The notes under the pieces were generated by a model. The model was not told the DNA's origin. It saw nothing but the letters and a program-made list of their open reading frames with translations, and did no database searches. DNA of 64,000 bases, taken from IMG/VR virus record IMGVR_UViG_3300044631_003060, one strand, 5' to 3'. Every line of letters begins with the position of its first letter. The first letter of the stretch is position 1. A program made the translations under genes and the position numbers. Of this stretch, positions 1 to 9,632 are shown piece after piece. This DNA comes from an uncultured virus (IMG/VR IMGVR_UViG_3300044631_003060). Lineage: Duplodnaviria > Heunggongvirae > Uroviricota > Caudoviricetes.

Positions 1-671
1 TTGCCACCACCGCTTGTAGCCGCGACTTGCTTTGCATTTGCTATGGCTATCGAGTTTTCATTTTGCAATATGGCATAATCTTTCAAAAGAAAATCGCTTT
101 TTACATCATATAATTGAGAAAGCGTACCCGCATCAAACGGCGTAAAACCACGGGTAGTGGTGTCGGTGCGCTCATCGAGTTTGTTGGTTTTTAGGTTGTA
201 GTTATAGTTGAGTACCGCTTTAAGCATTAAATACTTAAAAGATACGGGGTATTCGGATAATGTTAAATATCTTGCCCATTCATCTATTGCGTTTTTTTGT
301 GTTTGATAGTAATTGTCAATATATCTTTTGCGAAAAGAGGGATTGTCAATTTGTTGTTTATACCTTTCTAAGTTCTCATCGGTGTCCCCTTGCTCTCTAC
401 GGGCTTCAATTTCTTGGCTTATTGCTCTTGTAATGTCATTACTATCCTTGCTTATTAAATAGTCGTTTATATTCAAAGTTAGGTCATCAAACCCTTTTTG
501 TATTGCTTTTAGCCGCGCTTCTTTTGTAAATGGTGCGTTAGCAAGTTGTTTGGCGTTATCTAATTCATACAATGCCTCTACATCGTATTTGTCGGTTATG
601 TCAATACGAGCATACTTATCTTTGTTTTGCCCTATAATTTGTCCACCCTTGGCAAAGTGATTGGTTCTCAT
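1..671 (-). CDS. Polyvalent-type protein, N-terminal part (runs off window start)
   Basis: Hand translation from ATG at 671: MRTNHFAKGGQIIGQNK...QKNAIDEWARYL...TRGFTPFDAGTLSQLY, open to the window edge. Absent from the ORF track. Begins with the FAKGG motif. Confidence 0.8.
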   Translation of the reverse strand, partial: MRTNHFAKGGQIIGQNKDKYARIDITDKYDVEALYELDNAKQLANAPFTKEARLKAIQKGFDDLTLNINDYLISKDSNDITRAISQEIEARREQGDTDENLERYKQQIDNPSFRKRYIDNYYQTQKNAIDEWARYLTLSEYPVSFKYLMLKAVLNYNYNLKTNKLDERTDTTTRGFTPFDAGTLSQLYDVKSDFLLKDYAILQNENSIAIANAKQVAATSGGG

Positions 672-681
672 CTTTTATATA

Positions 682-3600
682 TTAATGTTTTTTGAAATCT
701 TTGAAATGACAAACACCCGCCATCAAACTTGACGAGTATTCTTGACTTGGCATCCTATAAGTGAACTTTTCTCCTTTTGTGTTTGACCAAAAACATGTAC
801 TTATTAGCATGCAATTTAATTTTCTACTTTTCGGATATTGGCTTTTGCTCCAATGGTCGGATATGCGTATGATAAAATCCTCATTCTCCGATACGAAATA
901 ATAACTCAAACTACGGCTATTAGAAAAAGCATTTGACTTTTCGCTTGTAAAATCAACGCGCAAGTTGCCGTATTTGCTTGAATATATGTATTGCGGCTTT
1001 TTTCTCTTTTTTCTCCATTCTTTGTAAGCATCCAATATTTCTTTGGCATCTTCGGGTGTTACGGGCTTAAAATCACAATGGGTTTCGTGAAAATAGTTTT
1101 TGGCGGACACGCCGCCTACTTTACCACCTTTAGCATACTCACTTTTTGGTTTGGGTATTAATGATTTGTCTATGCCCCGAATAAAACCACGCCCATCAAC
1201 AACTATCGAGGCAAGATATTTGTAATTTTCTATATTGGCTTCGTCCGATTTGAGTTTGTTTTTGTCTTTTGTCAATGATGTCGGTACGTCCTTGTAGTTT
1301 TTGTTTTTAAGCCGTTCTTGTACGCTATAATAACTTTTGACTTTAATCCTAAAATCGGCGGGTGTTAGCATGGTGTGATATACCTCTCTAAATCTTTTGC
1401 CAATTATGTCTTTTAATGACTTATATGCCCATTTATCAAACACCACACCGCCATCACCATATAGCCCTAATTGCTTCTCAATAAATTCTTTTACATACGG
1501 CACATATTCATAATCTTCATAGTTTGAAGCGTTTACCCATGCGTATGTTTGATTTTCCCAATCAAGTTTAACACTTGCCCCATTCGGTAAGGTCGCCGTA
1601 AAATAATATAACACACCCATATCTTCGGTGTATAGCCGCGAGGCAAATTTTACATCGGTCAATTTAACACTTATTTCCTCAACGGCTTCTCTTATTGCCG
1701 CATTAATTGGTGTTTCTCCATCATCTACACCGCCCCCAACCAAAGACCAAGCATTAGGCATCCATGGTGCGGTTGAGCCTCTTTGTAAAATTAGTATATC
1801 GCCTTTTTTGTCTTTAATTGCGACGATTGATGTGTGGTATCCACTATAATCTTGTTGCATAATTTCTCCGCCGTTTTCCATGGTAAGTATCTTGTACATG
1901 GCTTCGGTCATTTTAAGTTCAACTTCTTTTCCTATATAAGTATTTCGTTTTGGCAAAAACATGCCTTCCATCACTTTGTCGTTGAGCCACATTCTACTTT
2001 TGCAATCTATAATATGCCCATCGGGTAATTCAATCCAAAAGTGAAATGGTATGATTAGGTCGTCATCATATTTTACATAACCTTGCTTGATAACGTGGTT
2101 TACGCCCGCTTTTGTAAGTGCATAATGCAAAACGCGGGTTGCCCCATCACATTCAAGTGTCTTGATTTTTGGCAACTCTTGTTCTAAAACTTGTTTGGCT
2201 AATTGAGTATTGTAGTTTGGCGTAAGCCCACCACGGGAAAACGAGGTATTGTCGCCTACAAGTTTGGGTAAATCTTCGTTTTCTAAAAGTTCTTTAAGAC
2301 CAAAATGAATGTTATTGGGCATGTTTTCCAAAGAAACCCATGCGTAATCCATGTTTTCCCAATTCAATCTTGGCTCAAACTCTTCATCTACTATCGCAAT
2401 AAAGTTATGAAATTCAAAATTGGGGCGCTTAAAGACATAAGACGGGATAAGTTCGGGCAAATAAATACCCGCTTCCTCGATTGCTTCTCTACGCACGGCT
2501 TCCTCTATATTTACATCGGTATCATCAACTTTGCCACTTATTATGCCCCATGTGAACGGCTCAAGCACATATATACTACGCAACAATATGAGATACCTAT
2601 TAGTTGTTGAGCAATAAACCAAAACACCGCCAGCGCGATTTCCAAAAAATATTGTGGTTGCACTATTTACTTCGCCGCCATCGTCAAATCTTATATCGGG
2701 ATTGTTGCCGTCAAATGTTGTGTTAGTTCCATCGGCAAGTTTTATGTTGTTAGGCTCAAATACCGCATATACATAAGTTTTTTTGTCGCTTTTATTTTTG
2801 GAAAAACCATATTGTGCTTCAAATCGGTATCCACCTATTCCCATTTTTAATGATAAGGCTTTTACATCGCTTCCAAGCATATCGCGTGGTGGCTCGTCCT
2901 TAAAATATCGGTATGTAGGGTCTTTAAATCTTGGATTGTCAAATTGATTTGGATTTGTTATTTCGCTACCAAAACGTATAGACAAACTATTGATTATATC
3001 CCAACCAAACATATCAACAAACACTTTTGCTTTTGTTACTTCATCAAGAGTAACCATGTGTCTTATATTTAGGAATACGGGTATTGCCCTATGGTCTATG
3101 TCGCGTGCGTCGCCATGCTTACCCCATTGTTTAGCGTGTTCTAATTGCGGCGTAAAGTAAAACCCTTTGGTTTGAAAGGTCGAATAACGCTCTACATCGT
3201 AATCTCTAAAAATAGTAAAATCGTGAATAGTGCCATGATAGCACACAAGCGGCTCTCCATTTTCGTCCAATACTTTGCTTGCATTGTCGGGTTCGTTTTC
3301 CCAATCTCCAAACCAATCTTTAAACGCCTTGGTTCTAACGAGTTCATATTGTTCTGGCGTAAGATTACTTGGCTTTCCGTTGGGTGCTATCAAACCACCT
3401 TTTAAAAAAGTGTTTACCAAATCTCTTTTGTTGATAGTAAGTAAGTATTTTTCAAAATCTTCCCATTTATCTAAATCATATTCGCTTTCGCTATATGGGT
3501 CATTATCCGCTATTCTCTCATAGAAATTTTTGGCATCCTCTTCAAATTTTTGGTCATAGGTAAACTTGCCAACATATTTACCAACAACGGGCTTGTCATA

Positions 3601-4254
3601 TCTAACTTCTTTTAAATAAGCAAAATCATACATGTTCACATGTGATAAATCCTTATACGGCTCTTTGTTAATTTCATAGATATACACCGACTTATCAACA
3701 CTATCAATTCCATTATGATTATACATACTCCACAAACCTAAAATAGCGCCGCCAATAGTTTTTGAAGCGGATAATTCGCTAACCATAATAGGTGAACCAT
3801 CGTCGTCAAATGCTTCATAATAGCCACGCGGCTCAAAATAGAAAGTTTGCCCGTAAAAAGTATCTACCGCCCTATAATATTTTGCGACCTCTCCACCTTT
3901 CGCAAATTCCACCTCTATATCCCAACAACCATAATTGCCCGTTTCGAGCATCTTATTAACGGCTTCCTCAAAAGTATATTTTCGGTATTTTTTGGGGTTG
4001 TTTTCTTGTACTTGACCGATATAATAATATAGTTGTTTTGGTATTACAAGTTGTCTATCGTTTGAGTAGTCATAAACATTTTCATCATCTTCTACCCATG
4101 CGTGTCCGTATCTAATTCCACTTATTGCGCCCTGCCCCGTAACCTCGGCGTGTACTACATGTGGCGTGCCATTAAACTCAATATCCTTATAGTTGCCCAT
4201 AGCAAACTTACCCGCCACAACATAGCAATCGCCTAAATTATTTTTCTTTGGCAT
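682..4254 (-). CDS. Multidomain polyprotein: Cys-His module, ADP-ribosyltransferase-like domain, two Nudix hydrolases, second Cys-His module, unknown modules
   Basis: Nudix boxes GKVDDTDVNIEEAVRREAIEEAG and GGGVDDGETPINAAIREAVEE; FKDWFGDWE..SKVLDENGEPLVCYHGT..GFYFT (ART-like polyvalent-protein domain); GDCY..HAWVE and ECDG..HFWIE. Seven xxxGG linkers. Start moved to ATG 4254, just after a TATTTTTG box. Confidence 0.8.
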   Translation of the reverse strand: MPKKNNLGDCYVVAGKFAMGNYKDIEFNGTPHVVHAEVTGQGAISGIRYGHAWVEDDENVYDYSNDRQLVIPKQLYYYIGQVQENNPKKYRKYTFEEAVNKMLETGNYGCWDIEVEFAKGGEVAKYYRAVDTFYGQTFYFEPRGYYEAFDDDGSPIMVSELSASKTIGGAILGLWSMYNHNGIDSVDKSVYIYEINKEPYKDLSHVNMYDFAYLKEVRYDKPVVGKYVGKFTYDQKFEEDAKNFYERIADNDPYSESEYDLDKWEDFEKYLLTINKRDLVNTFLKGGLIAPNGKPSNLTPEQYELVRTKAFKDWFGDWENEPDNASKVLDENGEPLVCYHGTIHDFTIFRDYDVERYSTFQTKGFYFTPQLEHAKQWGKHGDARDIDHRAIPVFLNIRHMVTLDEVTKAKVFVDMFGWDIINSLSIRFGSEITNPNQFDNPRFKDPTYRYFKDEPPRDMLGSDVKALSLKMGIGGYRFEAQYGFSKNKSDKKTYVYAVFEPNNIKLADGTNTTFDGNNPDIRFDDGGEVNSATTIFFGNRAGGVLVYCSTTNRYLILLRSIYVLEPFTWGIISGKVDDTDVNIEEAVRREAIEEAGIYLPELIPSYVFKRPNFEFHNFIAIVDEEFEPRLNWENMDYAWVSLENMPNNIHFGLKELLENEDLPKLVGDNTSFSRGGLTPNYNTQLAKQVLEQELPKIKTLECDGATRVLHYALTKAGVNHVIKQGYVKYDDDLIIPFHFWIELPDGHIIDCKSRMWLNDKVMEGMFLPKRNTYIGKEVELKMTEAMYKILTMENGGEIMQQDYSGYHTSIVAIKDKKGDILILQRGSTAPWMPNAWSLVGGGVDDGETPINAAIREAVEEISVKLTDVKFASRLYTEDMGVLYYFTATLPNGASVKLDWENQTYAWVNASNYEDYEYVPYVKEFIEKQLGLYGDGGVVFDKWAYKSLKDIIGKRFREVYHTMLTPADFRIKVKSYYSVQERLKNKNYKDVPTSLTKDKNKLKSDEANIENYKYLASIVVDGRGFIRGIDKSLIPKPKSEYAKGGKVGGVSAKNYFHETHCDFKPVTPEDAKEILDAYKEWRKKRKKPQYIYSSKYGNLRVDFTSEKSNAFSNSRSLSYYFVSENEDFIIRISDHWSKSQYPKSRKLNCMLISTCFWSNTKGEKFTYRMPSQEYSSSLMAGVCHFKDFKKH

Positions 4255-4258
4255 GATA

Positions 4259-4266
4259 CAAAAATA
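4259..4266 (-). promoter_or_regulatory. Bacteroidota-type -7 promoter box (TATTTTTG)
   Basis: Matches TAnnTTTG, 4 nt upstream of ATG 4254. Confidence 0.6.
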
Positions 4267-4270
4267 AGAT

Positions 4271-4298
4271 AACCCCGCCACTTTTACATGACGAGGCT
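4271..4298 (-). terminator. Putative intrinsic terminator
   Basis: AGCCTCGTCA/TGGCGGGGTT stem with G-U pairs followed by a T-rich tract, downstream of the 4354-5112 gene. Confidence 0.4.
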
Positions 4299-4353
4299 AC
4301 CAAAATTGAATTTACATCTATTAAGATGAAAAGGATATGCGAATATAAGGCAT

Positions 4354-5112
4354 TTACCCTATTCTATTTATAGTTGCTATAACACTTGGTATTTCGGGTA
4401 TTCCTACTACTGGTGATGGGTCATAGTGGAGTTCTATTGCGGAAGATGTAGCGTACCAATATAGTTCTACATATTGACCCGCATTTAGTTGTATAAAAAA
4501 ATTCCAAGCGGCAACGGCAAAATCTCCATTGTTCGCAAGTTTTAATACTGTTGTTGTATCCGCAACGGGACTACCATTTTTATCAAGCCAAATGTAAATA
4601 GAAGTAGCGCCACCTCCTTGTGTTTTTTTTACTTGAGCCGAAAAAGCAAGATTGTAAACACCCGTATTTGTGGCGGTAATACGACTATTGCTAACAATCG
4701 AAAAGCCCAAAGTAGCCGTTGCGTCGGTGTTATTAAATGTCATTGCCTTTTGCTCGTTACCAATAGTGGTTTGTGTTTGTGTGCTAAAAAAAGAGCCATA
4801 ATAAAGAGTTGTACCAACGACGCTTGGAACGGATATTTCTATATCGTTAGCGTTTTGTGTAAGTACAACATTAGTGCCTTGTGTGAGAGTTCTTAATTGA
4901 AAAGGTTTGGATGTTCCATTTACATATAGTTCCGAACCACCACCTATATTGTCTATACTATCTTGCGATAAGTAATTTTCAAGCGGTTCTATATTGCCAT
5001 AAATATCTTTAACATACATCACTCCACTTGGCTCGTCGATATAAACGGCAAGAGAATTACCATCGGGAGATAATATATTTTGAGGCAACGACCTACTAAT
5101 AAAGGCTGTCAT
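4354..5112 (-). CDS. Putative fibre/spike protein with beta-rich (C1q/TNF-like) C-terminal domain
   Basis: N-terminus (P.GNSLAVYIDEPSGVMYVKDIYGN) resembles the N-termini of the fibres at 24251 and 26741; C-terminal YGSFFS..GVYNLAFSAQ..LNAGQYVELYW. Confidence 0.6.
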   Translation of the reverse strand: MTAFISRSLPQNILSPDGNSLAVYIDEPSGVMYVKDIYGNIEPLENYLSQDSIDNIGGGSELYVNGTSKPFQLRTLTQGTNVVLTQNANDIEISVPSVVGTTLYYGSFFSTQTQTTIGNEQKAMTFNNTDATATLGFSIVSNSRITATNTGVYNLAFSAQVKKTQGGGATSIYIWLDKNGSPVADTTTVLKLANNGDFAVAAWNFFIQLNAGQYVELYWYATSSAIELHYDPSPVVGIPEIPSVIATINRIG

Positions 5113-5127
5113 AGTGTACTTTGTAAG

Positions 5128-5145
5128 CAAATTTATGTATTTTTG
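5128..5145. promoter_or_regulatory. Back-to-back divergent -7 boxes
   Basis: TAAATTTG on the minus strand (5128-5135) and TATTTTTG on the plus strand (5138-5145), between divergent ATGs at 5112 and 5152. Confidence 0.6.
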
Positions 5146-5151
5146 TCGGTA

Positions 5152-5889
5152 ATGAAGAATATTTTTGATTGGCTAAAGAAAAACTACATGTATATTGTAG
5201 TACCATCGGGCGCTTTTGCTCTTTATAAAATTGTCAATTATTTTAGTGGTGAAGACGCTACCACATCTTCGGGCGGCGTTACCACATCTTCGGGTTATAC
5301 TAAAGAAATGAAATATCCCGCGCTAATGGATGCGATATTAAAAGGCGAAAGTGTTGGCTACAACGACCATAATTATTACAACCCTTCGTTGCGTGGTTAT
5401 GTGCAAGGAAAATGGGGTAATAAATATAGTTTACTTACCAAAAACTTGAGCGAATACACAATAGGTGAAATTATGGCTTTTCAAAAAAATAGCCGAAGCA
5501 CAAGCGCGGGACAATTATGGGCAACGGGTAGGTATCAAATAATCCCATCTACGCTTCTTGGCATATACAAAGATGCGGGTCTTAAATTGACCGATAAATT
5601 TAGCCCATCAAATCAAGATAAACTTGGCATGGCTCTTTTGCGTAAAAGACCCGACGCTTGGAAATATCTCACCAAAAAGGTGTCCGACACGGACACTAAT
5701 TTACTTTCCGCCGCCAAAGGAATAGCTATGGAATGGTCAAGCGTTGGAGTACCATACGACATGCGCGGTCATTTCAAGAATGTGGTTAAAAACGAAAGTT
5801 ATTATGCAAGATATGGCGGCGGCGGAGATGTTGCTTCTACGCCTACCGAAAAAGTGCAAAAAGCACTCAAAGAGGGAAGAAAAGCATGA
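5152..5889 (+). CDS. Membrane-anchored lysozyme/lytic transglycosylase (lambda-lysozyme-like)
   Basis: GES.GYN, TIGEIMAFQ, ATGRYQIIPSTL, FSPSNQDKLG, EWSS motifs; N-terminal hydrophobic segment. Confidence 0.75.
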   Translation: MKNIFDWLKKNYMYIVVPSGAFALYKIVNYFSGEDATTSSGGVTTSSGYTKEMKYPALMDAILKGESVGYNDHNYYNPSLRGYVQGKWGNKYSLLTKNLSEYTIGEIMAFQKNSRSTSAGQLWATGRYQIIPSTLLGIYKDAGLKLTDKFSPSNQDKLGMALLRKRPDAWKYLTKKVSDTDTNLLSAAKGIAMEWSSVGVPYDMRGHFKNVVKNESYYARYGGGGDVASTPTEKVQKALKEGRKA

Positions 5890-6605
5890 AAATCAACTTG
5901 AAAAACCTAAAACCGCTTGATTATGTAACGATAATTAGCGCAATGGGCGCTTTATTTGTCGTAGGGTATTGGATAAAACCAAAAAAGCTATTATCTCAAA
6001 TTACCACAAAGAAAATAGACCCAAAAGGCAAAACCTTTGCTTTTATGGGCGATAGCTACACTTCACTTCCTACATACGGGTGGCAATCCGTTCTCGCTAA
6101 AAATTATGATTTCAAAGAAATAAATATTGCTAAAGGCGGTATGCAAACTTCATGGATGGTAAGGCAAACTGAAAATTATTTAAGCAAAAACAAACCCGAT
6201 TATTACGTCATTATGGGTGGCGCTAATGATGCTTATTCTCCACAAACAATCGAAACGGCAATCAAAAATATTCAAAAAATGATTGACATGGCAAATGCAA
6301 AGGGTGTAAAACCGATTGTAATTACGGGATATAATGCAAGAAAGGTGCAAGTTGGCAATACACGCCAAAAACCAACTTCGGAGCAATTAAGAAGAGGTGT
6401 AACGCAAGATGTTTTGTGGGGCATGGGCGAAAAATACTATAAAATGCAATTACGGATGTTATCCGACCTAAAGAACGCTACTATTGTACCCATTTGGGAT
6501 GATGCGAAGCAAAGCGACACATACGACGGATTGCACATGACATGGGATGCACATAAGAAGTTCGCCAACCATGTAGGAAATTACCTTTTTAAGAAGAAGG
6601 ACTAA
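5886..6605 (+). CDS. SGNH/GDSL hydrolase with N-terminal TM anchor
   Basis: GDSYT, GGAND and DGLH blocks. Confidence 0.85.
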   Translation: MKINLKNLKPLDYVTIISAMGALFVVGYWIKPKKLLSQITTKKIDPKGKTFAFMGDSYTSLPTYGWQSVLAKNYDFKEINIAKGGMQTSWMVRQTENYLSKNKPDYYVIMGGANDAYSPQTIETAIKNIQKMIDMANAKGVKPIVITGYNARKVQVGNTRQKPTSEQLRRGVTQDVLWGMGEKYYKMQLRMLSDLKNATIVPIWDDAKQSDTYDGLHMTWDAHKKFANHVGNYLFKKKD

Positions 6606-6624
6606 AAACAACGCTACCCAAACA

Positions 6625-6680
6625 TTTTATTCCCGAAAATAAAATCTTTTTGTTTTTTTGAAAGTTGTATCATACATTTG
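6625..6680 (+). promoter_or_regulatory. Promoter (-33 TTTG, -7 TACATTTG) with 20-bp palindromic operator
   Basis: TTTTATTCCCGAAAATAAAA 6625-6644; TTTG 6649-6652; TACATTTG 6673-6680 (20-nt spacing). Confidence 0.7.
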
Positions 6681-6684
6681 CGGT

Positions 6685-7155
6685 ATGAACATCTTTATTC
6701 TATCCGACGACCAAAAACTTGCCGCTCAATACCATTGCGACAAGCACATTGTAAAAATGCCCACCGAAAGCGGGCAAATGTTATCTACCGCCCTATATAT
6801 ACATGGTGCGGACGGCTATTGGAAACCTTGCCATGTTAAGCACCCTTGCACTATTTGGGCGGCTCAAAACAAAGCAAACTTTTCGTGGCTTGTAAATTTA
6901 GGCTATGAACTATGTGCCGAGTACACTAATCGTTACGGCAAGGAGCATGGAGCATACAAAGCAATAAAATACGCTTCCGAGCATATAGATAAACTACCCG
7001 ACGGCGAACTTACGCCGTTTGCTCTTGCTATGCCCGACCAATACAAGTGCGATAATGCAATAAAATCATACCGCGATTACTACATGGGCGAAAAAGCCCG
7101 TATCGCCACATGGAAAACACAAACACCCGATTGGTTTATCCCTAATTGTGGATAA
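6685..7155 (+). CDS. Pyrimidine-dimer DNA glycosylase (DenV/endonuclease V-like)
   Basis: MNIFIL..AAQYHCDKHIVKMPTESGQMLSTA..HPCTIWA..EYTNRYGKEH. Confidence 0.75.
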   Translation: MNIFILSDDQKLAAQYHCDKHIVKMPTESGQMLSTALYIHGADGYWKPCHVKHPCTIWAAQNKANFSWLVNLGYELCAEYTNRYGKEHGAYKAIKYASEHIDKLPDGELTPFALAMPDQYKCDNAIKSYRDYYMGEKARIATWKTQTPDWFIPNCG

Positions 7156-7158
7156 CTT

Positions 7159-7212
7159 CTTTATTTTCGGAAATAAAACATTTGCAAGTATGCGTCCATC
7201 ATTGTATGTTTG
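7159..7212 (+). promoter_or_regulatory. Promoter with 20-bp palindromic operator
   Basis: CTTTATTTTCGGAAATAAAA 7159-7178; TTTG 7181-7184; TATGTTTG 7205-7212. Confidence 0.7.
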
Positions 7213-7237
7213 CATTACATAATTACAAAAACACCAC

Positions 7238-7564
7238 ATGAACACCAACTACAAGCACACCGAGGGTAAATGGGTAATTAGCCATGGCGCAAATTATATT
7301 CCCTCTATTGGTAGCGCCGTGCTACATCAACCGATTGCACACCTTTGCAACATGACCGAAGCTAAAGGGTTTTGCGAGGAGGCGGAAGCTAACGCTCGCC
7401 TTATATCTTGCGCTCCCGAAATGCTTACCACTCTTATTGAAGCACAAAATCATTTTGCGGGCGTGATTGCATATAGAAGTTTAACCCCCGCCGAAAGCGA
7501 GTTGCATGTTAAATTGTTATTAATAATTAACAAAACAACCGACAACATTAACAAAAATTTATAA
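7238..7564 (+). CDS. Conserved phage hypothetical protein
   Basis: KHTEGKW...EANARLISCAPEML, a common small phage protein pattern. Confidence 0.65.
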   Translation: MNTNYKHTEGKWVISHGANYIPSIGSAVLHQPIAHLCNMTEAKGFCEEAEANARLISCAPEMLTTLIEAQNHFAGVIAYRSLTPAESELHVKLLLIINKTTDNINKNL

Positions 7565-7567
7565 ATT

Positions 7568-8014
7568 ATGGGAAGCGTACAATCCAACATCACATGCCCG
7601 AATTGCCAAAGCGAAGATTGCTTTGAAGATAGCTATTACAAAACGGGCGAACATTTTACTCATTGCCCCGAATGTGGCTACTACCATGCGCTATTTTACA
7701 AGCGCGACGACAACGGAAATCTCATACTCGCGGACAAAAGCAAAGCGTCAGATTACAATAATCTCATACCTCAAGAAGTTAAAATAGACAAGCCCTATTG
7801 TGCTTATTGTATTTTGCATAGTAATGGAGCGGGACAAGCGGGTACGATTACGGACAAAAAAGAATTTGACGATTTCGTAGCCATGGTAAAAGAGATTGCC
7901 GAAAAGAACGATGGTACGGATAATGTAACCATAAGTCGTTTTGTCAAAGGGCAAATTATCAAAGAAACTTTATATCAAAATCCAAACATACAAAAAAACA
8001 CTAACCTAAATTAA
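7568..8014 (+). CDS. Zn-ribbon protein
   Basis: CPNC and CPEC pairs. Confidence 0.65.
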   Translation: MGSVQSNITCPNCQSEDCFEDSYYKTGEHFTHCPECGYYHALFYKRDDNGNLILADKSKASDYNNLIPQEVKIDKPYCAYCILHSNGAGQAGTITDKKEFDDFVAMVKEIAEKNDGTDNVTISRFVKGQIIKETLYQNPNIQKNTNLN

Positions 8015-8021
8015 CAATCCC

Positions 8022-8444
8022 ATGAACAACAAGAAGACAAACAAGGTGGTTGTAATCAACCCCGAAACACAAAGCGTTTATGAGGCGCAAATCCCCGCCG
8101 AAAACACCTTGCAAGGGTGGTACAAAACTATTGGGAACGGATGTGAACTTGTGCAAGTAGTTTTATCCGTCTATGACAAAGATATGCGCGTAGATAACGC
8201 GCTCCTTATGGACGAAGAAATACTTTTGCGTACAAGCGACATCAAGGGCGCGTTTTATTTTGACGGGCGTGTATTTTTTAATACCGCAATTTTTAGCGGT
8301 GCGGACGAAGAGGGTGAAACTTGCGATTGCACAATAGATGTGAGCATAGTAAATAAGCATGTGCAATTTATGAGCCAAGCCGACGCTTTACAACATGCGG
8401 AAGAAGTTTTGAATAATAACGAACCAATCATTTACTTTGCTTAA
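8022..8444 (+). CDS. Hypothetical protein
   Basis: Operon-packed ORF; LQGWYKTIGNGCELVQ..MDEE. Confidence 0.6.
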   Translation: MNNKKTNKVVVINPETQSVYEAQIPAENTLQGWYKTIGNGCELVQVVLSVYDKDMRVDNALLMDEEILLRTSDIKGAFYFDGRVFFNTAIFSGADEEGETCDCTIDVSIVNKHVQFMSQADALQHAEEVLNNNEPIIYFA

Positions 8445-8445
8445 C

Positions 8446-8910
8446 ATGAAAAAACTACTATTAATATTCGCCTTTTTTACCGCCGCTCAAAGCGAAGCCC
8501 AATGGGAAAACAAGTCCGTGGACAATGGTTTTGACGAACCTTATCGTTATGCCGTAGCATACACCGAAGACGGAAATTATTTTGTAAAACTTGAAAAATT
8601 AACGGACACAAGTGTAATTATCGTTTTATACGAAGGTTATATATGTGATGAAAGACCTAAATTAGAGTTTTCCTTTAAGGTTGGCGATGAAAATGACAAG
8701 TACGACGTTTATGCCGTAAGAAGCACGGACAAGAAAAGAGCAATGACCTCCGCCGTTGTCAATATGGGCGATTTCGTAAGGTCGTTCAAATTATCGTCCA
8801 TTATGAGAATACGTTTAACCGATGAAACTTGTGGTACAAAAATATTTACCTTTGATATGTCTTTTAGCACATCGGCTATAATTTGGGTGATGGGCGATAA
8901 ATTAAGATAG
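8446..8910 (+). CDS. Secreted/periplasmic protein
   Basis: Sec-type signal peptide MKKLLLIFAFFTAAQSEA-QW. Confidence 0.7.
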   Translation: MKKLLLIFAFFTAAQSEAQWENKSVDNGFDEPYRYAVAYTEDGNYFVKLEKLTDTSVIIVLYEGYICDERPKLEFSFKVGDENDKYDVYAVRSTDKKRAMTSAVVNMGDFVRSFKLSSIMRIRLTDETCGTKIFTFDMSFSTSAIIWVMGDKLR

Positions 8911-8986
8911 TAAGTGGTGTTACTTATTTGCCCTTGCCCCGTAGCTGTAAATGGCACGGGGTTTTGGGGTGCAAAAATCACCGAAA

Positions 8987-9241
8987 ATGAATGACAACAT
9001 AATTGAGGGAATAATTAGCATAAACAATCAAGGTTGGTGTTTCGTGCCAACAAACAAAACCATGTCCGTTTTACCTATTCACCAAGAAAGTTTAGATAAA
9101 TTCAACATAAAATCACTATTTGACGCTCAAGGCGATTGGAAAGCGGAGATTATTGACGAATTTAGCCACCCACATCTTTATCGCGATACTATGTTATGGT
9201 GTGGCGTAAAAAAGGTTATCCTAATTGACAAAACAAAATAA
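8987..9241 (+). CDS. Hypothetical protein
   Basis: ORF from MNDNIIEG, operon context. Confidence 0.5.
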   Translation: MNDNIIEGIISINNQGWCFVPTNKTMSVLPIHQESLDKFNIKSLFDAQGDWKAEIIDEFSHPHLYRDTMLWCGVKKVILIDKTK

Positions 9242-9248
9242 AAACACC

Positions 9249-9632
9249 ATGATAACATCAATCAACTACTCGTTTAACGAAATTCTTAAAGACAAGAAAC
9301 TTAATGAAATTCGCATTAGCAAAGTCCCCGAAAGCGAAGAAGAAATGGACGAATTGGCACAATGTTACGCTAATTTTTTTGACGGCGTAAAAGTGGCTAT
9401 AAGTAGTCATACTTTTTTTACCCATAAATTTCATGTTATCGTCTTGGTTCAAGATTTGCCCAAAGATTTACAAGAAGTGTTAGGCGAAGAAAGAAGCCTA
9501 ATATGGCTAAAACCAAATGATTTGCTTATGGAGGCTAAATCCGATAAGTTCGTTTATATTTGTAAAGTTACCGAAGAAGAGGTAGAAAAACTTAAATTGG
9601 ACAATCAACAAAGAGAACAACACGATGAGTAA
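9249..9632 (+). CDS. Hypothetical protein
   Basis: Operon-packed ORF. Confidence 0.55.
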   Translation: MITSINYSFNEILKDKKLNEIRISKVPESEEEMDELAQCYANFFDGVKVAISSHTFFTHKFHVIVLVQDLPKDLQEVLGEERSLIWLKPNDLLMEAKSDKFVYICKVTEEEVEKLKLDNQQREQHDE

